DNA from: an uncultured virus (IMG/VR IMGVR_UViG_3300049139_000197)
Lineage: Duplodnaviria; Heunggongvirae; Uroviricota; Caudoviricetes
Direction: 5' to 3' (one strand)
DNA: 64,000 nucleotides
Virus record (IMG/VR): IMGVR_UViG_3300049139_000197
Shown here: piece after piece, positions 48,836-59,106 of the stretch
Position numbering within the stretch: the stretch's first letter is position 1
How the letters are laid out: every line of letters begins with the position of its first letter
Translations under genes and position numbers: made by a program
The notes under the pieces: generated by a model
Told to the model about the DNA's origin: nothing
The model's input: the letters and a program-made list of their open reading frames with translations, nothing else
Databases searched by the model: none

Positions 48836-49181
48836 GGACGACGACCGTGAGCGACGACGACAATTACGAGGACTTCGAGAACACCGACGTCCCGGACGAC
48901 TACTGCCCCTTCCACCCGGGAGGCGGCTGCGCCCCCGACGACCACTTCCCGGCCGAACAGGCCACCGACCAGTACCGACTCATGACCTACGAGGGCTGAG
49001 GACGCCGACCATGCTGCCGAACACGCTGAGCGTCCTGTCCCTCGTGATCAGCATCAGCGCCCTGCTGTTCGCACGCCGGGGCTACCTGCGGGAAAAGGCC
49101 CGGCTGAGGGCGCTGGAAGCCCGCTACCCGCACCTTGCCGCCCGCGCCACCGAGAAGTGAGGACACCGGCCTCCGAACGCA

Positions 49182-49218
49182 ACGGTGCCCCGGCTGAGGA
49201 AAGCAGCCGGGGCACCGT
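49182..49218. terminator. bidirectional hairpin
   Basis: ACGGTGCCCCGGCTG/CAGCCGGGGCACCGT. Confidence 0.7.
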
Positions 49219-49236
49219 CATGCACGCTACCGGCCC

Positions 49237-49671
49237 CTACGCCCGGCCCAACGACCAGCCCTGCACATCAGCGATCCGAGTCCGCCACAACGGCCGCTCC
49301 GGCCCATACGGCGCGATCCCCTGCATGCTGCTCGTGTAGTTCGTGATGAACTTCGCGTCCCGCAGATGCAGATGGTCCGACCGAGACTTGCCGTGCGCCG
49401 CCAGCTCCTCCTCCACGACGCCGACCAGCCGGGAGATCGAATCAGCGTCCCCGCCGATGGTGGCCAGCCACGCCTTCAGCTCGTTCCGCCATCGCCTGTG
49501 GCCGATCAGCTCGCCCGTGACCAGCACCCCACCCACCTGCAAAGTCACGCTCAGCGCTGACCTGTCGGTGTCGTCGCTGTCGAGCATGGCCACGATCGAC
49601 ATGAGGTAAATGTCCCTGACGGGATCAGGGATCACCACATGGCTGTGCGGCTCAGACGTCTCTTCGCTCAC
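49237..49671 (-). CDS. GvpU-like protein
   Basis: VTLQVGGVLVTGELI...HLHLRDAK...LWRTRIADVQGWSLG pattern. Confidence 0.55.
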   Translation of the reverse strand: MSEETSEPHSHVVIPDPVRDIYLMSIVAMLDSDDTDRSALSVTLQVGGVLVTGELIGHRRWRNELKAWLATIGGDADSISRLVGVVEEELAAHGKSRSDHLHLRDAKFITNYTSSMQGIAPYGPERPLWRTRIADVQGWSLGRA

Positions 49672-50027
49672 CGTTCACCGTCCCCGCCTGTTCGGTGGCT
49701 GCTGGAGCATGAGCGCCAGCGCCTTGAACGGTCAACGGTATCGGGAGCCACCGACAACCCAGGGAGCTACTTCTTGGCCGCCCGCCACTCCTCCAGCTCC
49801 CGCATGCAGACCACGCACAGAGGGCACCCACCCGGCCCGTACCGGTGGCACGGCTCCTGACACCCCCGACACGGTCCCACCAGATTTGGTGGGCACTCAG
49901 GCGCAGGAGGCTTCGGTCTACCAGACACAGGCGTACTCATGCCCGTCATCGTACGAGCGTGCGGAGGGAACGACCGGGCCGGGCGCCGGGACACTGGGCG
50001 CACCGCCTTCCCGAACGGAGCTCACCC

Positions 50028-50762
50028 GTGCCCGACACCACCGCCCCAGAGCCCACCTTCCGCAGCGATGTCACCGTCCAGCTGGTCAAGCACACCGCCT
50101 CCGACGCGGACGTCCTCTTCGCCGCCCGCGTCTCCACCGCCGGCGAGCAGTCCCTAGACGAGCTGGACAAGGACCCCGAGCGTTCCAAGGGCCTGATCAA
50201 CTACCTGATGCGGGACCGGCACGGATCCCCCTTCGAGCACAACTCGATGACCTTCTTCATCGGCGCCCCGATCTTCGTCTTCCGCGAGTTCATGCGGCAC
50301 CGCGTCGGCTGGTCGTACAACGAGGAGTCCGGCCGCTACCGGGAGCTGGAGCCCGTCTTCTACTGGCCGGGCCCGGACCGGAAGCTCATACAGCAGGGCA
50401 AGCCGGGCAGGTACGAGTTCGTCGACGGTCCGCCCGGCCTGCGGGACTACGCGCGGCTGCACATGGAGGTGTCGTACCGGCAGGCGTACGGGGCGTACCT
50501 GGAGATGCTGGCCGCCGGCGTGGCACGGGAGGTGGCCCGGTCCGTGCTGCCGGTGGGCCTGTACTCGTCGATGTACGCCACCTGCAACGCCCGCTCGCTG
50601 ATGCACTTCCTCGGTCTGCGCACCACCCACCCCGACGCCAAGGTGGCCAGCTTCCCACAGCGCGAAATCGAGATGGTCGGCGAGAAGATGGAAGCCGAGT
50701 GGGCCCGGCTCATGCCGCTCACCTACGCCGCGTTCAACGCGAACGGGCGCATGGCGCCGTAG
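50028..50762 (+). CDS. thyX: FAD-dependent thymidylate synthase
   Basis: HGSPFEH, REFMRHRVGWSYNEESGRY, AREVARSVLP, NARSLMHFLGLR. Confidence 0.95.
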   Translation: MPDTTAPEPTFRSDVTVQLVKHTASDADVLFAARVSTAGEQSLDELDKDPERSKGLINYLMRDRHGSPFEHNSMTFFIGAPIFVFREFMRHRVGWSYNEESGRYRELEPVFYWPGPDRKLIQQGKPGRYEFVDGPPGLRDYARLHMEVSYRQAYGAYLEMLAAGVAREVARSVLPVGLYSSMYATCNARSLMHFLGLRTTHPDAKVASFPQREIEMVGEKMEAEWARLMPLTYAAFNANGRMAP

Positions 50763-50768
50763 CCGGGG

Positions 50769-51776
50769 TCAGGCGGTGGTCTGGTCGTCGATCAGGCCCA
50801 GCTGCTCCAGCGCGGCCGCCAGCGACGCCTGCGCCGTTCCGTCCGACCACGAGCCGTTCACTACCGGACGCCCAACCGGGGCGGCGCCGAAGAAACCGGC
50901 CGTGTTCGTGGCGCCATCAAGGCGGTGCAGAGGGGTACCTCCGCCGTCGCGGACCTCTACGCGGGAGTTGTGGACCAGGACGGGTGCCACGAAGTTGGCC
51001 CCGTCGAGGAAGGCGTCGCCCTGCTCGATGTTCTGGACGCGGGTGAGTAGGTCGTTCACGAAGCCGTCGATGGCCTGCACGGTGGCGGTCGTCGCGAATG
51101 TCGCGGTCGCGTACGCCCGGTCGCCGTGCGGGTCCGTGGCCGAACTGTGGTCGGAGACGGCAGAGGCCGCGGTGCCGGCCGTCTCTGCTCCGATGTCCTC
51201 TGGGGCGATGGCGTCGCTGCCGCCGGTGGCGTGCGTGGTCTTGTGCGCGGTGGGAGTGCGGGCGTTGGTGGTGGTGGGGTCGGTGGAGCGGAGCGCCACA
51301 TCGTCCCCGGCGCCTGCCGCGCCCAGCGGCGGCTGCGGCCCGGCAGGCCCCGCGGGGCCGGTCTCGCCCTGCACGCCCTGGGGCCCGGCAGGACCGGCAG
51401 GCCCCGGCAGGTACACGATGGTGCCCTGCCCGCTCTGAGTATCCGAGAGGTCTGCGCGCAGGTCCCCCACCCAGTACGGGCCGCCTGTCTCCGGCACCAC
51501 GATGTAGGTGAGGATCGGGGTGCCGTCCAAGGCGCGGCCCTCCTGCACTGCCCACAGCGTGTCCCCCGACACCGACTCGATCAGCGCGTTCGGCGTCAGG
51601 GTGACCGTCCAGTCCCCGTCTGTCTCGGGCTGGATTGGTACGGGGCGCACGAGTTCGCCCTTGAGCGTGGGGACGTAGCCGATCGCGGTCTTGCCGGTCA
51701 CGTCGACCAGCGTCGCCACCATCTCCACCCGCTGCGCGTTGGCGGCCCCGATCAGTTTCCCGTTCACCGTGGTCAT
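50769..51776 (-). CDS. minor tail/tail fibre protein with short collagen-like segment
   Basis: G-X-Y repeats; ARTPTAHKTTH and ATDPHGDRAYA motifs; end of the late operon. Confidence 0.7.
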   Translation of the reverse strand: MTTVNGKLIGAANAQRVEMVATLVDVTGKTAIGYVPTLKGELVRPVPIQPETDGDWTVTLTPNALIESVSGDTLWAVQEGRALDGTPILTYIVVPETGGPYWVGDLRADLSDTQSGQGTIVYLPGPAGPAGPQGVQGETGPAGPAGPQPPLGAAGAGDDVALRSTDPTTTNARTPTAHKTTHATGGSDAIAPEDIGAETAGTAASAVSDHSSATDPHGDRAYATATFATTATVQAIDGFVNDLLTRVQNIEQGDAFLDGANFVAPVLVHNSRVEVRDGGGTPLHRLDGATNTAGFFGAAPVGRPVVNGSWSDGTAQASLAAALEQLGLIDDQTTA

Positions 51777-51785
51777 CAGGGTCTC

Positions 51786-52520
51786 CTAGTCGCGGCGGCG
51801 GTCGGTCAGGCCCAGCGGCAGCAGGCTGGACGAACTGGGGCTGTCGCTCGGGTCTGGCTGCTGGCTCGGGCTTGGGGATGGTTCCGGCTCGGGAGTCGGC
51901 TCGGCGGTACTGGTCTGGGTGCAGTGGTAGCGGGGACGGTCCGGGTCGAATTCGTCGACGGGCACGCAGCGGTACGTGTTGCCGTCTTGGTCCGTGTATG
52001 TCCACTCCGACGGCGGCGCCCCGTTCCTGCCGTCCGTACCGTCCTTGCCGTCTTGGCCCGGGGCGCCGGTGGCGTCCTGTCCAGGGGCTCCGGACGGGCC
52101 TGCCGGGCCGGGCACGGTGGAGTCCGCTCCCGGCGCACCAGAGGGGCCAGCCGGTCCGGGCGGGCCCGGACTCGGGGTGATCGTGGGCGCAGCCTTACCT
52201 GCCGCTCCGGTCGGCCCAGGCGGGCCGGGAGGACCCGACGGTCCGGGTGCCCCGATCACCGTCTCGCCCGGCTCCCCGCGGCTTCCCGGCGGCCCAGCAA
52301 CTGGGGTTCCGCCCAACTCCTGGACCTGCCGGGCGAGAGCGTCGCGTGCGTCGTTCGCCTCCGACAGGTCCCGGGAGAGGACCAGGAACCCGGTCAGGAT
52401 CGCGCCCAGGGCGGCGGCCGCGAACACCGCGGCGAGAAGCGACAGGTAGTTGCCCCGGCGACGTCGCTTGCGGGCATCGGCTCGGGTCTCGGACCGCTTC
52501 ACTGGGCTGGCCGTGGTCAT
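51786..52520 (-). CDS. membrane-anchored collagen-like protein
   Basis: TM helix, coiled coil, long GPP/GAP repeats. Confidence 0.75.
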   Translation of the reverse strand: MTTASPVKRSETRADARKRRRRGNYLSLLAAVFAAAALGAILTGFLVLSRDLSEANDARDALARQVQELGGTPVAGPPGSRGEPGETVIGAPGPSGPPGPPGPTGAAGKAAPTITPSPGPPGPAGPSGAPGADSTVPGPAGPSGAPGQDATGAPGQDGKDGTDGRNGAPPSEWTYTDQDGNTYRCVPVDEFDPDRPRYHCTQTSTAEPTPEPEPSPSPSQQPDPSDSPSSSSLLPLGLTDRRRD

Positions 52521-52831
52521 GCCTTGCCCCCCGCCATGAACAGCACGACGGGCAGCACCAGCCCCAGCAGAGGGATGACGACGGACGCGACCAGCCACCG
52601 CCGGGTCTGGGTGACCCGGTCGGCGTCGGCCTGCCGCTGTGCCTGCATGGCGTCCACGACCTTCACGAGATCGGCAATGTCCTTCGCGATGGCTGCCTTC
52701 TCCACGGCGTACACGTCCGCGCTGACCAGCCGTCCAAGGTGGACTTGGATCTGGGACATGTCGTCGCGGAAGTCGCTGCGCATGGTCTCGATGAGCCGCC
52801 ACAGCTCGCCGTTGGTCGGCTCATCGGCCAT
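52517..52831 (-). CDS. membrane protein (lysis cassette)
   Basis: Coiled coil plus C-terminal TM helix. Confidence 0.7.
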   Translation of the reverse strand: MADEPTNGELWRLIETMRSDFRDDMSQIQVHLGRLVSADVYAVEKAAIAKDIADLVKVVDAMQAQRQADADRVTQTRRWLVASVVIPLLGLVLPVVLFMAGGKA

Positions 52832-52864
52832 CAGGTGCTCCGGTGGGGGGTGTTAAGAGGGGAG

Positions 52865-53254
52865 TCACACGACAGCGGACGGACCGGACGCCTTGGCCAG
52901 CGGGCTGGACTGCTCGATCCGCAGCGCGGGCACCGGAGCGGTGACCTCGCGGCGGACGAAGAAAGCGACGGCGCCTTCCACGAGCAGCATCCACAGGGCC
53001 TGTTGTTCTGCGGTCATCTCCAGTCCGAAGCCCATGAACAGGGCGAGCGCGGCCTGCGCGAAGTTCACGATGGCGGCGAAGGCGGCGCCGGTCTTGAGGA
53101 CGAACGCTGAGGCGACTGCGACACCGCAGGACAGGAACGTCATGATGAGCGCCTGGGTGTCGGCGTCGACGTTGAGTCCGTAGGCGGAGCTGAGCTTGAG
53201 GGCGACGGCGATGAACGCAAGGATCGTCACCGGCTCCCGGCCGAAGATAAGCAT
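52865..53254 (-). CDS. holin-like membrane protein
   Basis: IFGREPV start, about four TM segments, follows the endolysin. Confidence 0.75.
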   Translation of the reverse strand: MLIFGREPVTILAFIAVALKLSSAYGLNVDADTQALIMTFLSCGVAVASAFVLKTGAAFAAIVNFAQAALALFMGFGLEMTAEQQALWMLLVEGAVAFFVRREVTAPVPALRIEQSSPLAKASGPSAVV

Positions 53255-53330
53255 GAGTGTTCTCGATTCTCAGCGGGCTGCACCAGTTGGCGACAGCCGT
53301 TGACGGTTCCCGGTATGGGGTGAGGGCGGG

Positions 53331-54380
53331 TCAGTCGGCGAGGCGTTCGGCGAGCTTGACGGCGACCTTCTCCGCGATCTGCTCGGCGAGCGCAGGGTTA
53401 GAGGCGACGGCGGAGGCCAGGGTGGCGATGTCCGCGTCGCTCATGTCGACCGTGCCTGCGGCGCCTTCCAGGTTCCGGAGGCGGGCGACAGCCTCACGCA
53501 CGCCTTCGACGGTCGTTTGGAGCGTGTACTTCGCGGTCCACGTGTCGTTCGCGACGGTCTTCCCGTCGGTCCCGTAGTAGTCGGGGTTGTTGTACGGCGG
53601 CCGGGCCGCAGGGATCTCGTCGGCCCACCAGATGCGGCGAAGGTCGCCGTTCTCCAGCACGCCGCCGCCCGCGATGAGCTTCGCCACCACGGCGTCGGCG
53701 ACCTTCCGAACGTCGCTGTCGGTCAGGGCCATGTCGTCGTCGTTTCCTTCCCACTGTCCCGCCGGGAGCGCCAGGCACGCGGCCAGGTCGCGGCGGAAGT
53801 TGGTCATGTCGATGCCGCGCGGGTCGACCTTCCAGTCGGACCACTCCAGGTGGCCGATGCCGCTCTTCGCGCTCCAGCCGTGCGCGCGGCAGATCCCGGC
53901 GGTGGCCTTGACGATGGCGACGTACTGGACGCGGGGCCACGGGTCCTTGCCGTCGCCCTCGTTCTCGCACTCCCAGCCGTAGAAGCGGGCGTTGCCGTCC
54001 ACGGCGCCCGGGGACCCGTCGTGCTTCTGCGTGGCTGGCGGGCGGTCGCCGTAGGACTCGTCGATGACGGCTTGGAGGACGCGGCCGTCGCCGCCGCCGG
54101 CGTGGTTGGCCCGGCCGTTGGCGGTCAGGTGAACCACGCCGTCCTTGGTGATGCAGCCGGTGGAGAGTGGCCCGGGCAGGGCGCTGTGGCCGTCGTAGAT
54201 GAGGTTGACGACGTCTGTGCGCGGTCCGGTGACGGTGTGATGGATCATCACGCCGTGCACGGGCCCCCAGGCGCCACGGTGGTTGCGGTTGTGGGTGCGC
54301 CAGCTGCGGACCTCGTGGACGGTCACGCCCTCCGCTCGGAGGGCTTCCACCAGCCTCGACGCGGACAGGGGTGCGGCCAT
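53331..54380 (-). CDS. endolysin, N-acetylmuramoyl-L-alanine amidase
   Basis: GVMIHHT...LPGPL...GRANHAG...GWECEN...IGHLEW...DP. Confidence 0.9.
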   Translation of the reverse strand: MAAPLSASRLVEALRAEGVTVHEVRSWRTHNRNHRGAWGPVHGVMIHHTVTGPRTDVVNLIYDGHSALPGPLSTGCITKDGVVHLTANGRANHAGGGDGRVLQAVIDESYGDRPPATQKHDGSPGAVDGNARFYGWECENEGDGKDPWPRVQYVAIVKATAGICRAHGWSAKSGIGHLEWSDWKVDPRGIDMTNFRRDLAACLALPAGQWEGNDDDMALTDSDVRKVADAVVAKLIAGGGVLENGDLRRIWWADEIPAARPPYNNPDYYGTDGKTVANDTWTAKYTLQTTVEGVREAVARLRNLEGAAGTVDMSDADIATLASAVASNPALAEQIAEKVAVKLAERLAD

Positions 54381-54766
54381 CAGTCCTCCTTGGGCGGGGG
54401 GCTGACACGGGGGACTTGGAGGCGGTCCCAGGCGACCTGGTCGGGGATGCCGGACACGTCGCCGCCCTCCTTGGGGCGCAGCTTCTTCTGCCAGGCGGCG
54501 AAGGCGTCGCGGTGGGCGTTCGTCCAGTCCGGGCCGAGGTAGCGGCCGTCGGTGCACTCTTCCTGCTCGAGACGGCGGGCCATCGCGGAGACGATGCTGG
54601 AGTGGCGGCCGCCGTGGAAGAACTCTGCGCCCGGGTACGGCTCGTACGCGGTGGCGCTGCCCTCGGCGCCGACGTCGGCCGCAGCAACGGCGGGAGCAGG
54701 GGCCGGGCCTGACTCGGGCGGGGTGTTCTCGGCGGGTTCGTCGGGCGTGTTCTTGGAACGGTTCAT
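54380..54766 (-). CDS. peptidoglycan-binding domain protein
   Basis: YEPYPGAEFF..GRHSSIVSAMARRL...GPDW...AWQKKL...GIP...WDRLQVP. Confidence 0.75.
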   Translation of the reverse strand: MNRSKNTPDEPAENTPPESGPAPAPAVAAADVGAEGSATAYEPYPGAEFFHGGRHSSIVSAMARRLEQEECTDGRYLGPDWTNAHRDAFAAWQKKLRPKEGGDVSGIPDQVAWDRLQVPRVSPPPKED

Positions 54767-54926
54767 GGGCGCAGTAGTCCTTTCGCACGCCCCGGCAAGA
54801 TGGTTGCGCCGCGCAGTGGCGCGCGGGTCCCTCGGGGTGCGGGCGCGGACTGGCGCCTCGGGCGGAGGGTCGCCCGCGATCAGCGTACGGGCGGCCAGGG
54901 CGAACGTTCCCCCGGCCGCTGGCGGA

Positions 54927-55157
54927 TCAGCTTCCGGCAGGTGGGATGGTGGTCACGGTGTAGACCTGCTCGTGTCGTTCGGCGGAAGTGGACACAATGT
55001 CCGGGACGTTGTCGAGCAGCCACTGCTCGATGGCGTGGGTGAGTGCGATTTCGTCGATCGGGATGTACTCGGACTGAACGTTCACGTGTATGTACGCGGT
55101 GGCGTCTTCTCGAGAGCTCTGCCCGGTGATCTTTTGGTAGGGGAAGTCTGCTGCCAT
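54927..55157 (-). CDS. hypothetical protein
   Basis: Immediately follows the tail gene. Confidence 0.65.
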   Translation of the reverse strand: MAADFPYQKITGQSSREDATAYIHVNVQSEYIPIDEIALTHAIEQWLLDNVPDIVSTSAERHEQVYTVTTIPPAGS

Positions 55158-55160
55158 GGG

Positions 55161-57050
55161 TTAGGCCACTTTCTCGAGTCGCAGGTGGGAGTCGGTGTGC
55201 AGGGTGGTTGAAGTCGCGCCGGAGGTGCCTTGCGCCCAGGCCAGGGCGATGTTTCCGGCGGATGCACCGACGCGGAAGAGGGCCCGCACCTGTACGCCGA
55301 AGACGCTGGTGGAGATGCCGCCGTAGGTGCGGTTGGTGGCGACGTCGCTGGATTCGGTGCGGACCGTGTAGCCCCAGGTGCTGACGATGTCTGTCTGGAT
55401 GGTGTTGGAGGCGCTGGAGGACACGACGGTGGTGCCGTTGCCGATGCCGTGCCACTCCCCCAGCGTGCCGCTGGGGACACTCCAGCCCATTTGGAAATCT
55501 CCGGGCCCGCTGTACTTCAGGAAGCCGTCCAGGGCGTAGACGGCGTTCGCGTCGACCGGGAAGGTCAGTTGGGTGTCGGCGGACGGGGTGTTGGTGTTGG
55601 TGCGGGTGCCGTCGCTGGTGCGCCGCTTCGTCTGGCGCTGTCCCACGCCGGCGACGGTGAGGTTGCCGTCCTTGTCGACGGCGAACTTTTCCGAGCCTCC
55701 CACCGCCAGGCGCAGCATGGCACCGGTCTGCCCCGCGTCGGCCACCACGAGCAGCGCTGGGTCGCTGGAGGCGGGTGAGAAGACTTGCAGGCGCCCCTTG
55801 GTGATCTGGGCGAGCCCTTCGAACATGCCCAGAAGGTTGCTTTTGGTGGAGTCGGTGGTGTTCATGTAGCCGACGACGCCCCGGTCGTTGCGTAGCTCAA
55901 GGCGTCCCCCGATGACGGTGGACGCGGCGCTGGCGCGCAGCCGCTCGATCACTGCAAAGTCGTTGCCCATGAAGGTCCGCCAGCGCATGTCGGAGAATGT
56001 GCTGCCGGAGAACGTGCCGGTGTTCAGACCGAGATCGGCGGCACCGGCCGTGGTCTCCACGACGTTGATGTAGGCCTCGTTGGTCTGCGCGGCGTTGGTG
56101 AGACGCAGGTTGGGATAGGCGTGGTTGGGGTCCAGGACCATCTTTGCGCCGCCGGAACCAACCAGTGCCAGTCCCTGGGCGGACAGTTCAGCGACAGTGC
56201 GGGTGGCGCTGTACACGAGGATCTTGTTTTGGTCGCCCTCGTTGAGGGTGATGCGTTCGCCGCTGGTGTCGGTCTGGAAGAGGGATCCGTTGATCGTGCT
56301 TCCGGTGATGTTGCCGGTGAACACGGCCGATCCGTCGGCTGCGTCGAACCTGATGACCAGTGCCCCGGATGTGTTGTAGACGCGCAGCCCGTCCTCGTTG
56401 AGCTCCACCCGGGCACCTGCCGGGTCCCCAGCGACCAGTCGGGTGACCAGTTGGAGGATCGCCTCAAGCTTGTCTGCGGTGACCGCCCCGGCCTGGATCG
56501 CCGCGGCGGTGACGGATCCTGCTGTCAGGTCTGGCCCGTCGACCTTCAGGGGTGTTGCCGTGGTTTCTACGGATGGGGGTCCGGCGTTGCCGGAGCTGTT
56601 CACGGCGGTTAGCGCCACATAGTGGGCCTGGTACGGCAGGGGGGTGACGGGCAGTACGCCGCCGTCGCCGGAGCGGGTGATGGTGCCCGTGAAGGTGGCG
56701 GCGGACGGGGTGAAGCCGCTGCTGGTGGAGATGTGCACGGCGACATGGTCGAAGTCTGCGGGCAACGGGGTGCCGTCGGCGAGCAGGCCGTCCCACACGA
56801 TGCGCAACCCGCCGATGGATGGCGTGATCACCGGGGCAGTAGGAGCACCGGGCGGGGGCCCGTCCACGGCGATTAGGCCGAGGGTGCCGTCGGCTTGCAT
56901 GCCGATTCGGCCCCGCAACGTGCCGGTGCCGTCTCGGAACTCCAGGGTGGCGTTCTCGATGCTGCCGCCGTGGGCGTAGCGTTGTCCTTTCTTCACTTGC
57001 GCCAAGGCCCGCTTCAGTGCGGCGACCTCGGCCGGAATGCTCCTGGCCAT
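55161..57050 (-). CDS. minor tail protein / receptor-binding protein
   Basis: 629 aa, beta-rich; GAVTADKL motif; position in the tail module. Confidence 0.8.
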   Translation of the reverse strand: MARSIPAEVAALKRALAQVKKGQRYAHGGSIENATLEFRDGTGTLRGRIGMQADGTLGLIAVDGPPPGAPTAPVITPSIGGLRIVWDGLLADGTPLPADFDHVAVHISTSSGFTPSAATFTGTITRSGDGGVLPVTPLPYQAHYVALTAVNSSGNAGPPSVETTATPLKVDGPDLTAGSVTAAAIQAGAVTADKLEAILQLVTRLVAGDPAGARVELNEDGLRVYNTSGALVIRFDAADGSAVFTGNITGSTINGSLFQTDTSGERITLNEGDQNKILVYSATRTVAELSAQGLALVGSGGAKMVLDPNHAYPNLRLTNAAQTNEAYINVVETTAGAADLGLNTGTFSGSTFSDMRWRTFMGNDFAVIERLRASAASTVIGGRLELRNDRGVVGYMNTTDSTKSNLLGMFEGLAQITKGRLQVFSPASSDPALLVVADAGQTGAMLRLAVGGSEKFAVDKDGNLTVAGVGQRQTKRRTSDGTRTNTNTPSADTQLTFPVDANAVYALDGFLKYSGPGDFQMGWSVPSGTLGEWHGIGNGTTVVSSSASNTIQTDIVSTWGYTVRTESSDVATNRTYGGISTSVFGVQVRALFRVGASAGNIALAWAQGTSGATSTTLHTDSHLRLEKVA

Positions 57051-58147
57051 CAGATGTCTCCTGGGGATCCGTAGTGGAAGGCGTCAGCACGCCTGAGGGT
57101 GAGGACTGCCTGGTCGTCGTGTTCGCCGGGCTGGTAGGCGTCGGCGATGATGCGGGCCCACCCGGTCCACGAGGTCCACTGGTTGTGCACGGCGATGGGT
57201 ACGTCGTCGCCGATCTGCCAGGACCCCAGGGGCGCGTTGGGGTGGTCGCGGACGGTGATGGAGGTGACCTCGCCCATGATCTGGAGGCGTTTGCGTTCGG
57301 CGGCCGCGCGCCGGCCGAGGACGTCGTTTCCGTTGACGGTGGGCAGGGCGAGGGGGGCTTCCATGCGCAGGCCGCCGTCTCGGACGGAGTCCTCTGCGCG
57401 ACGCATGGCGGTGCCCTCTCCGGAGCCGGTCGCGATGATGGTGTTGGCGAAGTCGTCGCCGGAGTAGTTCACCGGCGGCGCGTCGATGATGTTCACGCCG
57501 GTGCGGAAGCTGATGTCGGTGCGGCGCGCGCCCAGCCGCGGGTAGCCGAGAGCCAGGCGTTTTCGGACGGTGCCGTTGGACTGGTAGGAGCAGGTGTTGG
57601 TGTATTCCGGTGAGCCGTCCTCGCTGACGAGGTCATCCAGGTGGTCGGCGAGCGTCGGCGTCTCGTACCAGTAGCTGGCCCATGGTTCGGCGGGGGTGCC
57701 GACGGTGGCGCTGGAGGTGGTCGAGTCGACGACGACGCCCAGGTTTCCGTCGGGTTGTTCCTGCGCGTAGGCCCACAGGTCGCGGATCACGGTGCAGGGG
57801 TCGGTGTAGACGTAGGGGCCGCGGCCGCCGAGCTGGCCGTGCGTGTCGTGGCGCTTGTTCAGGTACGAGGACCAGCCGGCGGCTTCGATGCGGTACTCGT
57901 CGTCTTCCGCGGTGACGTCCCAGATGAGGCCGCCCCAGCGGAGCAGCCCGTCGGCTTCGGCGTAGATCAGCGCGATGTGGGGCAGCAGGAGGCTGGCGTT
58001 GGCCTTCACGAAGTGCGGCTTGAGGGTGCCGGTGAGGCTGCCGGGCCCGTTGAGTTCGTTGCCGAACTCCACCCCGGACAGCGGCAGCGCAGGGTGCAGT
58101 TGCGTGCCGGTCAGGGCGTGCTGGGTCCAGTACCGCCACCGTGTCAC
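57050..58147 (-). CDS. minor tail protein
   Basis: ELNGPGSL...WGGLIW..., siphovirus Tal-like position. Confidence 0.8.
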   Translation of the reverse strand: MTRWRYWTQHALTGTQLHPALPLSGVEFGNELNGPGSLTGTLKPHFVKANASLLLPHIALIYAEADGLLRWGGLIWDVTAEDDEYRIEAAGWSSYLNKRHDTHGQLGGRGPYVYTDPCTVIRDLWAYAQEQPDGNLGVVVDSTTSSATVGTPAEPWASYWYETPTLADHLDDLVSEDGSPEYTNTCSYQSNGTVRKRLALGYPRLGARRTDISFRTGVNIIDAPPVNYSGDDFANTIIATGSGEGTAMRRAEDSVRDGGLRMEAPLALPTVNGNDVLGRRAAAERKRLQIMGEVTSITVRDHPNAPLGSWQIGDDVPIAVHNQWTSWTGWARIIADAYQPGEHDDQAVLTLRRADAFHYGSPGDI

Positions 58148-59094
58148 AGGGCGGCCTCTTCGAACTCCACGTCGGCGATGAACGTGGTCGCCCCGTCGGC
58201 CCCGATCTTCCCGGCGTTGCCGGAGGTGCAGCGCATGCGTGGCCGCAGCGTCTGGGTGGTGCCGCGCATGGCGGCGCCGGCGGTGTCGGTCAGGGACAGG
58301 GTGTCGGCGGTGATGAAGGTCTGGCGGCGTACACCGGTGCCCTGGTTGTCGTCGATGTTGACGGACTGGGCGGCTTCCTTCGTGCCGAGCTGGAAGGTGT
58401 AGCCGCCGAACACGAACCCGTCGTCCAGGCGGATCCCGGCGGCGGTCATTACGACCTTGACCTTGCCGGCCCAGGCGGGGATGGGGATGGACCAGTTCAC
58501 GGCGGAGGGGAAGTTCTGCCAGGTGCCGGAGGTGCCGCTGATCTGGGTGAGGGCGCCGGAGTAGAAGTGCTGGTAGAGGGTGCGTTCCCGGCGCGGGTTG
58601 GCTATCTTCCGCAGGTCCGTGATCATGGCGTTGGTGATGGTGGCCGTGGACGCGGGGATGTTGATCCGGGCCAGGGGGATCGCCGAGTACCCGGAGGGAA
58701 CGGTGGTGGCCGAGGAGCTGACGTTCGGGATGACCTCGAAGAACACGATCGGGTCCGTAGCCGGGTCCCGGTCGCCCTCGTACTCGGGATCCTCCACCCG
58801 CAGCACCAGCATGTCGGAGCGGCCCACCCCGCCGGTCGCGGAGATACCGACAGTGTCGGATCCGATGTTGTAGGCGTTGTAGTAGCCCTGGACCGGCGAC
58901 ACCTTACCGGCGATGACCGCGGACCCGTCACCGACCTGCACCCCGGCGCCCGGGGTGGACAGCGCGGTGACCTTCATGTCCAGGCCGGTGGTAACGCCCT
59001 GGTTGTCCCGCGCCAAATCTTTGATCATCATGCGGAACTGCTGCGCCGAATGCTCGGCGTTTTTCGTCGCGATCGGTACCGGGTGCAGGGCCAT
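58144..59094 (-). CDS. minor tail protein
   Basis: PLARINIPASTATITNAMITDLR actinophage motif. Confidence 0.8.
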   Translation of the reverse strand: MALHPVPIATKNAEHSAQQFRMMIKDLARDNQGVTTGLDMKVTALSTPGAGVQVGDGSAVIAGKVSPVQGYYNAYNIGSDTVGISATGGVGRSDMLVLRVEDPEYEGDRDPATDPIVFFEVIPNVSSSATTVPSGYSAIPLARINIPASTATITNAMITDLRKIANPRRERTLYQHFYSGALTQISGTSGTWQNFPSAVNWSIPIPAWAGKVKVVMTAAGIRLDDGFVFGGYTFQLGTKEAAQSVNIDDNQGTGVRRQTFITADTLSLTDTAGAAMRGTTQTLRPRMRCTSGNAGKIGADGATTFIADVEFEEAAL

Positions 59095-59106
59095 GGCTCG
59101 TCTCCT

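Noticed and set aside
49237..49671. Gas vesicle function for the GvpU-like gene
   Set aside because: No other gvp genes are nearby, and the family resemblance alone does not imply this function
51300..52300. GC-rich tandem-like repeats
   Set aside because: Explained by collagen G-X-Y codons
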